Source: Neoconidiobolus thromboides FSU 785
Lineage: Eukaryota > Fungi > Entomophthoromycota
Direction: 5' to 3'
Assembly: GCA_025603075.1 (NCBI GenBank)
Contig: MU626285.1
Span: forward strand, 1-64,000
DNA length: 64,000 bases
The notes beneath the pieces were generated by a model. It was not told where the DNA came from and ran no database searches. It worked only from the letters and a program-made list of their open reading frames with translations. This document shows positions 36,292 through 49,642 of the stretch, piece after piece (the stretch's first letter is position 1; each line of letters starts with the position of its first letter). The position numbers and the translations under genes are program-made.

Positions 36292-39200
36292 TGAGGGTAA
36301 GGTTTAAAACGATTAAATGAAATGAAAAATAAGACAAAAAATAAGAAGCAGTAAATTAGAAAAGAGAAAGAAATACTTGAAATTTATATTATGATTAATT
36401 AAATGACCTTTTCTATTGATTTAATAATAAATGATTTGTCTTTTTTTAGAGACAATTGTTCATTATTAGCTCGATTAATTTATCTTATCAAATTAACTAT
36501 AACTACAATCAATTATGCGAATTAAATTGTGTTATTTAGGATTTTTAATTAATTTGAATTGACTTCGATTGCCTTTTTTGGAACATAAAATAATTATTTT
36601 AAACTAATCCCTTATTTTGCGCTTTTAAACGATGGGCCTACCTAGATCACTACTCCATTATTTTGTTAACTTTAATTTATTTATATCTCGAGATACTCTA
36701 ATAAACTGTTAGATATAATTCTTATTTAAAAACTAATATAGATTTTAAATTACATTATAAATATATATAGTCAATTACAAAAGAACTTAGTATATTAAAA
36801 GTTACTTGTTTCATTTCAGATAATAATAATATATTAAAATTAAGTTCTTTCCAAATCTGGCAAATACTGTTATATTACTACGAACAAATAATAGTCACTT
36901 TCCTATTATTCCTTCTAGAATTAAATTAGATAAAGTACTAGTAAATATCTGTATGATGATGGTCATATTTGATGATTTTGGAATTTTTTATAAATCCAGG
37001 TATGAACCGTTTTATTAAATTGTATATGCTTTGAAATAAAATACTCACTTTTACATAACTCAAAGACAATATCTATACTACATACGGATATTCAATTTGT
37101 TGTCTAAACAATTTGATAGAAAACATTGACAATTAGAATTGAAATATATTATATTTCTTAATAGATTAAACATTTAGCACAATTACATAATAAAATTGTG
37201 ACTATTCTCTTGCTTGGAATTAATCAAGCACAAACTTCCTCTAATGTTGACAGTTACTTATCAAAATATCATAGAAAAGCCAGACATAGTATACTTTTGT
37301 TAAATTACTTTAATATTAAAGTAGATACTTAGAACCTTAACTTTATAGGACTTAATAGACTGTTATTTAGATATAAGAATTTTAAAAACATAGAAAACTA
37401 TTTCCCAAATAAAAAAATTTACAATACTAATGAATTTTTGTTTAATTAATTCTAAGTTTTACAAGTGTTTGTATATTTTTGTTTAAATTATTCCAAAAAA
37501 CTTATTATCACAGACAGTTTAAAACTACTTAGGATGAAAATAGATATGATACATTATGTATTAATGTCATTTAGTCTAAATAGCATAATTTGAAATGACA
37601 TTGGTGCTTATTTGATTATTACAAGCATTCAATCTATAAAGCCATATATTAACGTTACTTGATAATTCTAATAAATTTTGTTATAACTAAATTGATTTTT
37701 TATGCCAAGTTCAATACATTACATTATTAATTGAGTAACAGGATCTCTAATTTAATTTATTTTTTAGATTTTATCTGGGATTTCAATTTTTTTTTTCTTT
37801 AGGATGATAGTTTAAGGTTTGCTTTCCAACTGTTCACTATACTAAACTAAACTTTTCCTCATATTCTTATATTAAATACTGTAACTTGTAATAATGCTCT
37901 TGGTTCATATTATGATATGATATTTTTTGTAATTTAACAAGTTATTATTTTAACAATTTTTTGTATTTTTTAATTAGTTTCAAAAGGATTCCCAACTTTA
38001 AAAATAGCAACTGCATGAATATCGTTGCTAGAAGTAGAGCTATTTTTACTTTGAAATATTATTCCTGTTAAGTAAAAAATTGTTCAATAAAATGAAAAAT
38101 ACTTTTAAAAAACGATAAAATAACCTAAATGAAGTTTTAATCATAGAGTTTACTGCTATAGAAAAGCGCAAAAACACATTTTTAAAACAAAACAAAACAA
38201 AATTAATATATTCAAGTTTAATGTATTCTATACTAGATAGATTTACACTCTAAAAGTAAATTTATTAAGTGTATAAGTCTATTTAATAGTCTCCCGCATA
38301 ATACTAAATGAGCTGCGACTTACCATTAATAAAATACTTACACTTGCTTAGCTGAGTAACATTACAATATTGTAAAGAAGATTTCAAAATAATCAACAGA
38401 AATATAAAGACTTTAGTAGCAAGCCGATAGATACCTTGAACCACCAACATTGATTTTTGAAGTTCCTATATAGTATAAATCTTAAAGCTTGGGACTCCAC
38501 ACATTAGGAATTGATCTTATCTAGGGGCAGAAATAAATTGAGCTCCCAAACTTATATTCAAGTTAGGAATATAGTCGATGGCCTCATAACACGTGTATCT
38601 ATTGAGTCATTGAAATCGGAATTCTTCTTTTTATCATAACAAATGTGGAGTGACTGTTTTAATAATGAATTATTCTGGACTCATTTAAAAAACAAGCTTA
38701 ATAAAATTAAAATTAATTTTGCTCATAAAATTATACTGCTATTTATAAGGTTAGTAACTTTATGAATAGTTTTAATTAAGAGTTACGGTTTTTACCTATC
38801 AATTTGTATAATAGTAATTAACTTCTATAAGAGAATAATGAGTAAAATAAAACATCTAGTAATTATTTTACAATATTTATTAAATTATACGGTAAAATCA
38901 ATTTGGAAATTTTGGCTTGAAACTATTGTGAACCGCAAAATTTTCGACAAAACTTATCAGTTAAAATTTTCCCAAAAAGCTTTCATAAGCTAAATAGATG
39001 TGATAGCTTTCTATTGAACTGTTGAAGGGTACATCTGCTTTTTGGAAAGCGATAGTGTTTATTGATAACTCTAATTAAAGCTCTAGAAGTTTCTTTTTAA
39101 AAAATATTTTATTAAGGTTAAAGAATATCCCCTATAGATGGGCGATAATCAGCCCGTTTCAGCTGCCCAAAGGAATTACCACTAAAAAAAGCGAGCCAGA

Positions 39201-39347
39201 TTGATATGAAAAAAGGGATAAGAATGAACCACATTCTCTGGATAAATTAATTCAACCACTTAATATGATATTAAAATCAAAATAGGTAAGCAATTAAGTA
39301 TAAATACCAAGGAATTTTAACCAATTTACATAACCTTATTTCTTCCA

Positions 39348-40250
39348 ATGCTTTTTAGATCCTATTATTTAAACTTATTGATTATTACTTTATCTCAAGT
39401 AATTGTTACTGCTAATAAAATTGGTGGTTTTACTTATTCCCCCTATTTACCTTATGGTTGTAAAGATAAGCAACAGATCAAGGAAGAATTGAGTAAAATC
39501 ATAAAGTTAACTAGTAACCTTCGATTATATTCTACTGATTGTGATCAGTTAAAAAGCGTTGTTGAAGTGATCTCTGAAAATCAATTCCCATTGAGTATAA
39601 CAGCTGGTATTTGGATGCGCAGTGGTGAAGATAGATATAAGGCAGATGTGGATACAGTAGTAAACGTGTTGAAACAAACTAAATATGCTAAATTAATCAA
39701 AGCAGTCACAGTTGGTAACGAAGAATTAAAAAATGGTGGTAACGCAGGGAGTATAGTGGCTAAGATTAACCAAGTTAAAGGAAGATTTGCGAGTGAAGGA
39801 GTGAATGTACCAATTGGTAGTTGTGAAATTGGAGCTGATTTTCTCAAAAATCCTGAATTAGCCAAAAACTCACAAGTAATTTTTGCTAACCTTTATTCCT
39901 TCTTTTCTCAAGTTAAAGACAATAATATGATGAATGCTGCTCAATCGGTGATCGATCAGTATACTGAATTAACTAAATCTTTTGGGAACAAAGTTGTCAT
40001 TTCGGAAACTGGATGGCCTAGCTATGGGTCTGGTAATTATCGTGCTGCTGCTGATATTCCAAACCAAGGCTTATTTACTAAATATTTCACTTGTAAAGCA
40101 AATCAAATGAACATTCCTTATTATATTTTAGAGCCCTTTGATTCAAAGTGGAAATCCAAAGGTGATTCTAATTCCATCGAGCCCCACTTTGGTTTATTAA
40201 ATCCAGATGGTAGCTTTAAATCAAGCACTTTAAACTCAAACTCATGTTGA
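39348..40250 (+). CDS. Secreted GH17 beta-1,3-glucanase/glucanosyltransferase, copy 2 (paralog of 32082-33017)
   Basis: Signal peptide, GFTYSPY, LRLYSTDC, VTVGNEEL, VVISETGW and EPFDSKWK...IEPHFG. Confidence 0.9.
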   Translation: MLFRSYYLNLLIITLSQVIVTANKIGGFTYSPYLPYGCKDKQQIKEELSKIIKLTSNLRLYSTDCDQLKSVVEVISENQFPLSITAGIWMRSGEDRYKADVDTVVNVLKQTKYAKLIKAVTVGNEELKNGGNAGSIVAKINQVKGRFASEGVNVPIGSCEIGADFLKNPELAKNSQVIFANLYSFFSQVKDNNMMNAAQSVIDQYTELTKSFGNKVVISETGWPSYGSGNYRAAADIPNQGLFTKYFTCKANQMNIPYYILEPFDSKWKSKGDSNSIEPHFGLLNPDGSFKSSTLNSNSC

Positions 40251-40712
40251 TTTTACTATAAGTATTAGTAGAATTTGAAAAGTTTCCATTTAAAAATATA
40301 TCTTTATAGTCTAATAGGGGATATAATTGTACTATTTTAATACACGAGTTTATTTTATCCTTCTATATTGTTCTGTGAACTGATGAAAGATAAATGTTAA
40401 ATAAATTATATACAACTCATAAATAATTTTTTGTTTTTACTTTTAAGCATGCAACTCGAGCAAATTGTTAATTTAACAAAAAGTAATGATAAATCCTGTA
40501 AATACTAATATTGTCAATACTAAACTTGAAGACATTATAATATTTTATTAATTCCCAGCTTTTAAATTTTTACAATGCTAAAATTTAAATTCTCCAAGTC
40601 AATTAATATAATAAAACTACCAAGAATGTGATTTCTAAGTAATTAAATAAACAGTGTATGGATTTAATATATCCTCTATTTCTGATTAAAAACCATACCT
40701 GCTGTATATAAC

Positions 40713-40818
40713 ATATGGGGATGTATTTTATTATTTGAGAGTTTTACTAACACTTTTTCCGCTCAAATAGCGCTTAAAAAATGGAAAAGTAATGAAACCA
40801 AAAAAAACATCCCCATAT
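40713..40818 (+). mobile_element. MITE copy (left arm of fold-back)
   Basis: atat|ggggatgt...ccgctcaaatagcgcttaaaaaatggaaaagtaatg...acatcccc|atat. Confidence 0.9.
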
Positions 40819-41075
40819 GGTAATGTTTTACTAACTGCTTTTTTTTGCTACTTTTTTAAATTCAGAATTAACTAATTTAGCTATCTAAGTTCAAATATGC
40901 GCTGACTAGTGATAAATTTTGTAATTAGCTATTTATACCGTTATAGTAATTTGGCGTTTTATGCTTAATTTTTTATTATAAAATGGACAGTTGTTCAGCA
41001 CAGATGCAAGTTTGAATAGCTGGATTAGTTAGATTCTAAATTTCAAAAGTAGTTAATTGGTAAAAAAATATCACC

Positions 41076-41174
41076 ATATGGGGATGTTTTTTTTGGTTTC
41101 ATTACTTTTCCATTTTTTAAGCGCTATTTGAGCGGAAAAAGTGTTAGTGCAATTCTTAAAAAAATACATCCTAT
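41076..41174 (-). mobile_element. MITE copy (right arm of fold-back)
   Basis: atat|ggggatgt...taagcgctatttgagcgg...tacatcct|atgt. Confidence 0.85.
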
Positions 41175-42470
41175 GTTTATTGTTTATAAAGTTAATGATC
41201 ACTTTCTTGATTTTTTAGCTACTTAGAAAATGAATAAAATTATATTAACAATAGAAGTTTTATATTTATTTTAAACATAAACTATTAACAATATTCAGCA
41301 TTTTTCAAAATATTTTTTGTATAATTAGAATATGATTAAATTTAGTTTAAACTTAATTTATCTTGTTTTAAAACTAAAAACACATATATTATATATTTCG
41401 ATTAAAATTGATAAAAAAATATTTAAATTTAAATTTAAATAATATGTTAATTTACTTTTAAAATTACTGGCATTTGTTGTTATAAATTGATAGTCAAAAA
41501 TATTAGATAAGTCTTGGTTTTATATTTAAGATTATAGTTTAAGTAATATAAAGGTTTTTGAAATAGTGAAAAGATTATTACAAAACTATTAATTGTGAAG
41601 AAAAATAAGATATCTTTATTTCGATTATATGTTCATTTTTTATTGAGCAAAATAAAGGAATTATTAGCTAAATAACTGAAAAAACATTGCTATATATAAA
41701 TTAATTAAAGGTTACGATAAATAAAAAATCAATATCTTACAAGGATTTGATATAAATTTTGAATAAATTTATCATACCCTTTTAAAACTATAAATAATAA
41801 TATTTGTAGATGTAATTAAATCTAACATTTATTTTTTGAAAAAAAGGTACAGACGTCAAATAAAAAGTGACAAAAACACATAACATTCCATACTTGAACA
41901 TTTTAACTGTTAACAATAAGCGATATAAATTAACATTATAACAATAATAGTAAGATGAACGAGCTACCAGATCCATATTATAAATCAAACATTGAGAATC
42001 TGTATATAACCGAAAACAAACCATATACCATATCAAGAGCATAAAGATAACAAAGTTTAAGTTTTATTAGCCTAATTTTTCTAAATAAACCTATTTTGAT
42101 TGAAAATCAGCCTTAAACTTATCCAATCGTAAGCTCGTGACTAAAATCTATTCCGTTCAATGATTTCGATATTCTTAGATAGTAAACCTATTTTATTGGC
42201 TTATCTATTAACTAAGAAAGTTTGTCCAATTTGAACGTCATAACCTTAAAATCCACCTATTTCAAGTTGAAGGTTATCTAAAAACATGACAAATCTAGTA
42301 ATTTCATTGGATCAAATCATTTATCCCTATCAACACCTCCGGATTAATCGTATTTAAAAAGGCTGAATATGATTGGGTATGACTTGAAATTGAAGTCAGT
42401 CAATGTTGAATAAGATGAGTATAAAAGCAATTATTTATCATTTAGACAAGCAAATTTTTTTAAACTTAAA

Positions 42471-43658
42471 ATGTCTGCCGCCAAACACGAACACAGAAAA
42501 GAACTTGTAGAAACTGCTCAAGCTATTGTTGCTAAGGGTAAGGGTATCCTTGCTGCTGATGAATCCACTGGTACCATTGGTAAACGTTTTGATTCAATCA
42601 ACGTTGAAAACAATGAAGAAAACCGTAGAGCTTATCGTGAACTTTTATTCACTGCTGGTGATGGTAAGCAACAACTCATTCTCTTTTTATTAATACTTTT
42701 ATTGATCTTTTTTATTAGACCTCAAAAAATATATTGGTGGTATCATTGTCTTTGAAGAAACTTTAGGTCACAAGACCAAAGATGGTAGATTATTTACCGA
42801 TATCGCTAGAGAACAAGGTATCATTGTTGGTATCAAGGTCGACAAAGGTACCGTTGTCCTTCCAGGTACCAACGGTGAAACCACCACCCAAGGTTTAGAT
42901 GGTCTTGCTCAACGTTGTCAAACTTATTATGAGCAAGGTGCTCGTTTCGCTAAATGGTAATTCTTATTATTTTAAATTTAAATAGAATGAAATATTAATA
43001 TAAAAATAGGAGATCAGTTCTTAAGATTACTAAGAACGAACCAAGTGAACAAGCCATTCAAGAAAATGCTACTGTCCTTGCCCGTTATGCTGCTATCTGC
43101 CAAGCTAACCGTATCGTTCCAATTGTTGAACCAGAAATCCTTATGGATGGTGATCATGATCTTGAACGTTCTGTTTATGTCACTGAAAAGGTACTTGCTG
43201 CCGTTTACAAAAAACTTAATGAACATAATGTGTTCCTTGAAGGTACCTTATTAAAACCAAATATGGTCTGTCCAGGAGCTGATTGTCCAAAGAAATATTC
43301 ACCAGAAGAAATTGGTTTTGCTACTGCTACTGTACTTCGTCGTACTGTACCAGCTGCTGTACCAGGTATTACTTTCCTTTCTGGTGGTCAATCTGAAGAA
43401 GAAGCCACACTTCATCTTAATGCTATGAACAAGGTTGATTTATTGAGACCTTGGGCCCTTACTTTCTCTTATGGCCGTGCTCTTCAAGCTACTGTGCTCA
43501 AAACTTGGAAAGGTGATGAAGCTAACTTTAAAGCTGCTCAAGAAGCTTTACTTGTTCGTGCTAAAGCTAATTCTGAAGCTTGTCAAGGTATCTATAGTGG
43601 TTCAGCTAACTCTGCTGCCGCTTCTGAATCCCTCTATGTTAAGGATTATAAGTATTAA
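42471..43658 (+). CDS. Fructose-bisphosphate aldolase, class I (Schiff-base), 3 exons
   Basis: [48 protein letters not shown] (catalytic Lys), [21 protein letters not shown] and C-terminal Tyr. Introns 42664-42718 and 42957-43009. Confidence 0.96.
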
Positions 43659-44752
43659 ATTATTTAACAGCAAGTTAACGTTGACTTAATAAAAAAAAAC
43701 ATGCCGTTTATTGAAGTTGAATAGGTTTTTAAATCTTTTTTTAATTATGTTTGTATGTTCATGTTGAATGTTATCATTTTAATATTAATAATATGTTAGT
43801 TAAATTTTTTTATTTTGTATCTAGTTAATATTCTAGCATAATATTATTGTCTTTAATGAGATAGTTAATTTTATTTTAATATTATTTATAATAAATAAAT
43901 ATTGCTGAAACTATATAATTTTGATGGATTTAATATTTAATTAACATTTACTAATTAAGCGAAATAGAACCTAAAGATCCAATATTTAAAATAGATAAGA
44001 CAGTAATATTCTAGATAATGTATATAAAGTTGATATTTATTTATCTGTTTTACAGTTAGTTAATATATTATTTAATAAATAATGAAAGTTACAAGTTTTC
44101 TAATAATTATGTTATCGCTTATAATTATTTTTTTATTTTTTTATTTTTTTATTTTTATTTTTTGAGACAAAATTAATTGAAACAATTCTTATCTTATATT
44201 ATTACTGATAAATAATGATTATTTAATGAAAACTTTGTAAGAAAAAAAGATTATTCATCACCATCAGATAAGTGAACATTTTTAAAAAGTTAGTTCTAGA
44301 TGAATCTATTTAAAACAAAAAATTCCAATAATTTCAACCAAAAATTATCTATTACATAAAAATCATTATATTCGATCCGAAACTTGAAAGTCACTCAAAC
44401 CAAATTGTAAAGATTAAGTTTATTACTTCTATCTCTCTACAGTACAATCTTCACCAATTCCTCAATCCTTCTTTTTAACTTTACCCAACTTAATACCTTA
44501 AAACCTTATGATATGCCCAAATTTAGCAAATTAATCTAACCTTACAGCCAATCAACTTTGATCTTACCTTCACTAAAATCAAATTAGTAAAAAATAAAGC
44601 AAATGATTTTTAAAAAATAAAATAATAATAATAATAAGCTTATAAACCCACCTTAATTTTTATCTTTATTTTTATTAAAAAATAGGTTCATTTTCCAAAC
44701 TAGTATTCTTAGCTTAATAGCATTACTAAAATTATAACAAGAAAAGAAAGAA

Positions 44753-46240
44753 ATGCCATTGAATAGATCACTTGATGATAACAATTATAAAGTAGACTTA
44801 GAAGAAGGAAATGAATATGGTGGAGGTGGAGTAATAATGAGTTATCAAAACAAGGAAAAAAGGAAATTTATACAATCCACTTGGCAACAGGGGATCAGTG
44901 CTATTTTAGCTGCTTTGGGTAAGTTTTTATTAATACTTATTTTTAATTTTATTGAAACTAAAGATAATTGATTGATTTTAGAACAAGTTACCTCAGGTTC
45001 CATTATTGATAATAAAACTAATAGCTTTAATCTATTTTGTATGGAAGATAATGATAGTAAACTAATAATAAGAAATCAAGGTAAATTTGGATGTTTTTCT
45101 ATTAAACACAGTTGTGGTGAATGAAATAAAATATTGAATATTTATTAATACTTTTTTTATAGTTAAACTTAAAAGACAACGTAGTTCTGAAGGATGTTAT
45201 AGTGAAGATAAGATGGAAGATACTATAGAGTACAATGATTGTTTAGTAAATCCAGAACAGAGTAATTAATTGTAATTGAATTCTCTTAAAATATAGACTA
45301 AATCAATAATTTTATAGAAATGAAATCATATAAATCAGAAAATAATAAAAATAATAGTCCAACAAAATATTTAAAAGAAAACAAAGTAGTAATGAAAACA
45401 ATGATGCCAATGGTCTATTATTTAGGATTCAACAAACGAATGGAAGAATTAAGTATTCAATTAGAATTTAATCAATTTATACAAAAAAGAAGTAAACAAT
45501 TAGGATTTAATCCACAAGAACTTTTTGATCAAATCAAACAAAACATTGGGCCAATTTATTTATTTTTAGATCAATTTAATTATTATTCGAAACTTAATAA
45601 TGTTCATTTAATATTCAATAATTTTTTAACTATTAATGAAAATATTAATCAATTGTTAACTTGGTTTAGTGATTTAGAACTAAATTATTTAATGTTAAAC
45701 TGGAAGTTTATAATTCATCAAATTCAATTAATTAAAAATTATTGTTTACTAATTGAAGATATGAAACAATTAATTAATAAGAATTACTATGAATTTGAAA
45801 TTAGTCAATTATTTTTATTAATAAAAAAGAAGTATGAATATTACGGTCCATTTAAAAATTATTCAAAAGACTGGAAACTAGCTGGATTTCCACAGAATCA
45901 TCTATTATTATTAGAGGTGGAAAATTGGTTTTTGAATTGTGCTTTATTTTTGATAAATTATTGTACCACAATATCAAATAATAAACCTCCATGCCAACAA
46001 AATGGGTTTCCTAAAGATAAAGTAAGTTTTTAGTTTTAGTTCTAATAAAATTTCAAATAAAATTTTATATTACTTAGATATTTTTAACGATCAATGAGGT
46101 CTTTGAAGTTATATTATTAATATTTAAAATGGGAAATCAAAAACAATTAATATTATTAAATGGATTATATTATTTAGTTTTATTAAATAATAATTTATTA
46201 AGTTATTATTTAAATTTAAAATTAAAAGAGTGTAAATTAG

Positions 46241-46287
<47 letters not shown>

Positions 46288-46859
46288 TTAATACGTGGAT
46301 GGGATTTATGGTCAATTGGTAAATTAGATTTAATTAATAATTTAATAATAAGTTTAAATGAGCTGCCTAAATGTTATGAATTAAAAGAGAGTCCTATTAA
46401 CTATAATAACAATAATAACAATTACAATTTCAATACTTCTATTTTAAAAGAAATTAACAACTCTACCATAACATTATCTTATTCTATGGTGGATGTTTTA
46501 ATTATCTTGTGTAATTGTATTGTATATTCCAATAATAATAATAATCCACATAATTCTTATTTAAATTTCCGTAAAAATAATTATAACACTTATTTTCATA
46601 CTAAAGATTTTAAATCTTCAACTCAGTTACTAATTATCCATCTAATCAAATTAACGAATGATGTAAGTTTACTATTATTATAATTTTATTTTTAATATAA
46701 ATATTAATGATTTTGATAGTTAATCACCCTTTCTCAAGCTACTCAGTTTTTACCTATGCTTAAAGTAAGTTTTACTTATTAAAATATGTTAAATTGATTT
46801 TTATTTTTATATTATTATTTTAGTCCTTTGCAGAAAAAATCAATTTAAATTTAGAATAA
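44753..46859 (+). CDS. Hypothetical protein, multi-exon, Asn-rich
   Basis: ORFs 44753, 45320 and 46129 plus small exons link through GT-AG introns to a stop at 46857-46859. No motif recognised. Confidence 0.55.
46243..46284 (+). repeat. (AAT)14 coding microsatellite (poly-Asn)
   Basis: Direct sequence, in frame in the hypothetical gene. Confidence 0.9.
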
Positions 46860-47163
46860 AAAATTGAAAAGTTGTATTTTTTATTCTTCTATTAACAAAG
46901 TATTAAATATCCGATCCTCTATTAGAAGTTTGAAAAAATTTGAATTATTTTATCTTGAAATTTTTAAAGTAAACTCAACACTTTTATACAAAAGTGGAAT
47001 AAAACAACAACATTATCTAATACTTCCCTTTTTCCATCTTTCCATCGTGTTTGTTATACTTTAATTTTAAGAACAAAAAAAAATAAACAGTTCTTTTATT
47101 TTTAGAGTTCAACATTAATTTAATTTAATTTATTTCTTTAAATTTTTTAACTTTTATGTTTAC

Positions 47164-47357
47164 TTATTCTTTAATAGGTTTCATCAATGGAAATGATAAT
47201 GTTTCTCTGATATTAGGAGCATTTAGTAATAAAGTAATTAATCTATCAATACCTAAACCCCAACCGGCTGTGGGTGGTAATCCATAAGCTAAAGCGTAAC
47301 AAAAATCAGAATCCATAGGTTGGGCTTCTAAATCCCCATAATCTTCTTTATCCTGAG

Positions 47358-47388
<31 letters not shown>

Positions 47389-49507
47389 GACATATATAAT
47401 ATAATATAATATAATATAAATCTTATTAAAAAAAGACTCAAAAAACTTACTTTAACTTGTTTTAAAAATCTAGAATTTTGTTCAATTGGATCATTTAACT
47501 CTTCATAAGCATTAACAAATTCTTGATGATTTATAAACAATTCAAATCGATTACAACTATCTCTATTTTTTCTATTACTTTTTGCTAACGGTGACATAAT
47601 CGTTGGATGATTATATAAGAAAGTAGGTAAGAAACATTTGGGCTCTAAATGATGGGCAATAATTTTATCTAATATTCGACTCATTGTATATGGTCTTTCT
47701 AATTTAATAGAATGAGTGTGACAATAGTTCATAAAGGGAGTAACTATATATTTGATATTAGACATTTAAACAGGATTAGTTATATATCTGTAATAAAAGC
47801 TTACTTTCTCCATTTAAATCAGGCAACTGATTATTAAATAAACATTGTAATTCCTTATAAACGTTAATTTTTTGGAATGGTTGAGAAAAATCTATTAATC
47901 TATCTTCTCCATTGAAAGTACTTATTTTTAATTCATAACTACCAGTTACTTTAAGTACAATTTCTAAATATTTAAAAATATAATATTAAGATTCATCTTT
48001 CGTTATATAAAAATGAATTTTTAATTTACCTTTCAATAATTCTTCTGTCATTTGAAATAAATTATCTAAATTGGCATATGCATGATAAAATTCACATGTA
48101 GTAAATTCAGGATTATGATTTGTATCCATACCTTAATAACAATAATTATAAACTTCATTAATATTCTATTTAATACTATACTCACTTTCATTTCGAAATA
48201 CTTTACCAACTTCATAAACTTTATCAAAGCCACCAATGATCATTTGCTAATAAATTAATAATAACTTAATATAAATCTTAATAAATATCATTATAAAATA
48301 ATTCAATAATGAATTTAATTTCTATTTAAAATTTAACTTACTTTTAAATATAGTTCAGGTGCAATTCTCAAATTTAATGGTAAATCGTCCATTGCATTGG
48401 CTTTTGTTATAAATGGTTTAGCATTAGCACCACCTACTTTAGTAGATAATATAGGTGTTTCTACTTCTATAAAACCTTTAGTTTCTAAATAATTACGTAA
48501 TACTGAAATGGTCTAATTAAGAGTAAATTATTAATAAATAGAAATAATTAATAAACAAAATAAATAAATAAATAAATAAATCTATGGATATAAAATAAAA
48601 AGTAATAAAAATTCAAACTTACTTTGAATCGATAATAAATAGCTCGACGAGAATCTTGATTTAACATAAAATCTAAATATTTTTTTCGATATCTTTTATC
48701 AATAGTGCCAAGTTGAATAGATAATGGTAATTCAGGTAAACATGGAGTAAGTAAAATAGGTTGAGTAGTATTGAATAAACTTAAAGTGCCTATTTGAGTT
48801 TTACCAATAAAACCAGAGAATTCTATAATAAATCAATATTTGAATTAATAAAACTTTATTTTAATAATCATTATTTTTTTTATATAAAAATAAAATCATA
48901 TTATTATATTATTCAACAAAAATAAAAAATTTACCAACAATGTCTCCACGTTTTAACAACTTATTAAATTGTTCAAAACTAACTTTTCCCTCTTCTTCTT
49001 CTTCTTTATCTGTCCAGTTATTTTTTGACATAACTAATTGAATAGATTGATGATTTACCATTATTTCATAAAATAATAATTTATTAGATGCTTCTCTTTT
49101 TTGTAAAATACGACCTATATATTATTATTATTATTATTAATCCTCATTTGAATATATAGTATTTAATCATATTTACCTGCTATTGTCATTGTAATATTTT
49201 TATTCCTTTTACCTGGATCGATTTTATTATTATAATTGTTGAATCCAACGATATCATTAAAATTTATTCTTATTTCATCTTTATTAATATCTATTAAATC
49301 ATTCTCTTTTTTATGAGTATTTGTTATTGTTGTTGTTGATTGAATATAGTTGGGATATAATAGAATATTAGATTTTTTTATATTATTTAATCGAGGCTTA
49401 TAAATTGATTCTATAGTTGATTCTATATATTTAGTTGAATAATGAATGTTTAGAGGTATTGATTTTTTAATGGAATTTTTAATTAATCGATATTTTAATA
49501 TCTTCAT
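47164..49507 (-). CDS. MSK1: Lysyl-tRNA synthetase class II, probably mitochondrial, multi-exon
   Basis: Spliced TMTIAG|RI (OB fold), [38 protein letters not shown]|[31 protein letters not shown] and motif 3 [16 protein letters not shown]. Basic presequence-like N-terminus. Confidence 0.92.
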
Positions 49508-49642
49508 TTTTGTGAAATTAAAAATTTAATTTGAAATATTAATTTTGGAACAAAAAACTTAGAAAAATTAAAAGAACAATTTTCATTCTTGAAATTTTTA
49601 ACTTTTGTTTTTCTCTTCTCTTCTCCCCTCCTTTTGCAAAAG

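Noticed and set aside
38425-38600. Degenerate fold-back (aagcttgggactc / gagctcccaaactt); similar weak one at 59709-59948
   Set aside because: Arms are short and heavily mismatched, which is plausible by chance in AT-rich DNA.
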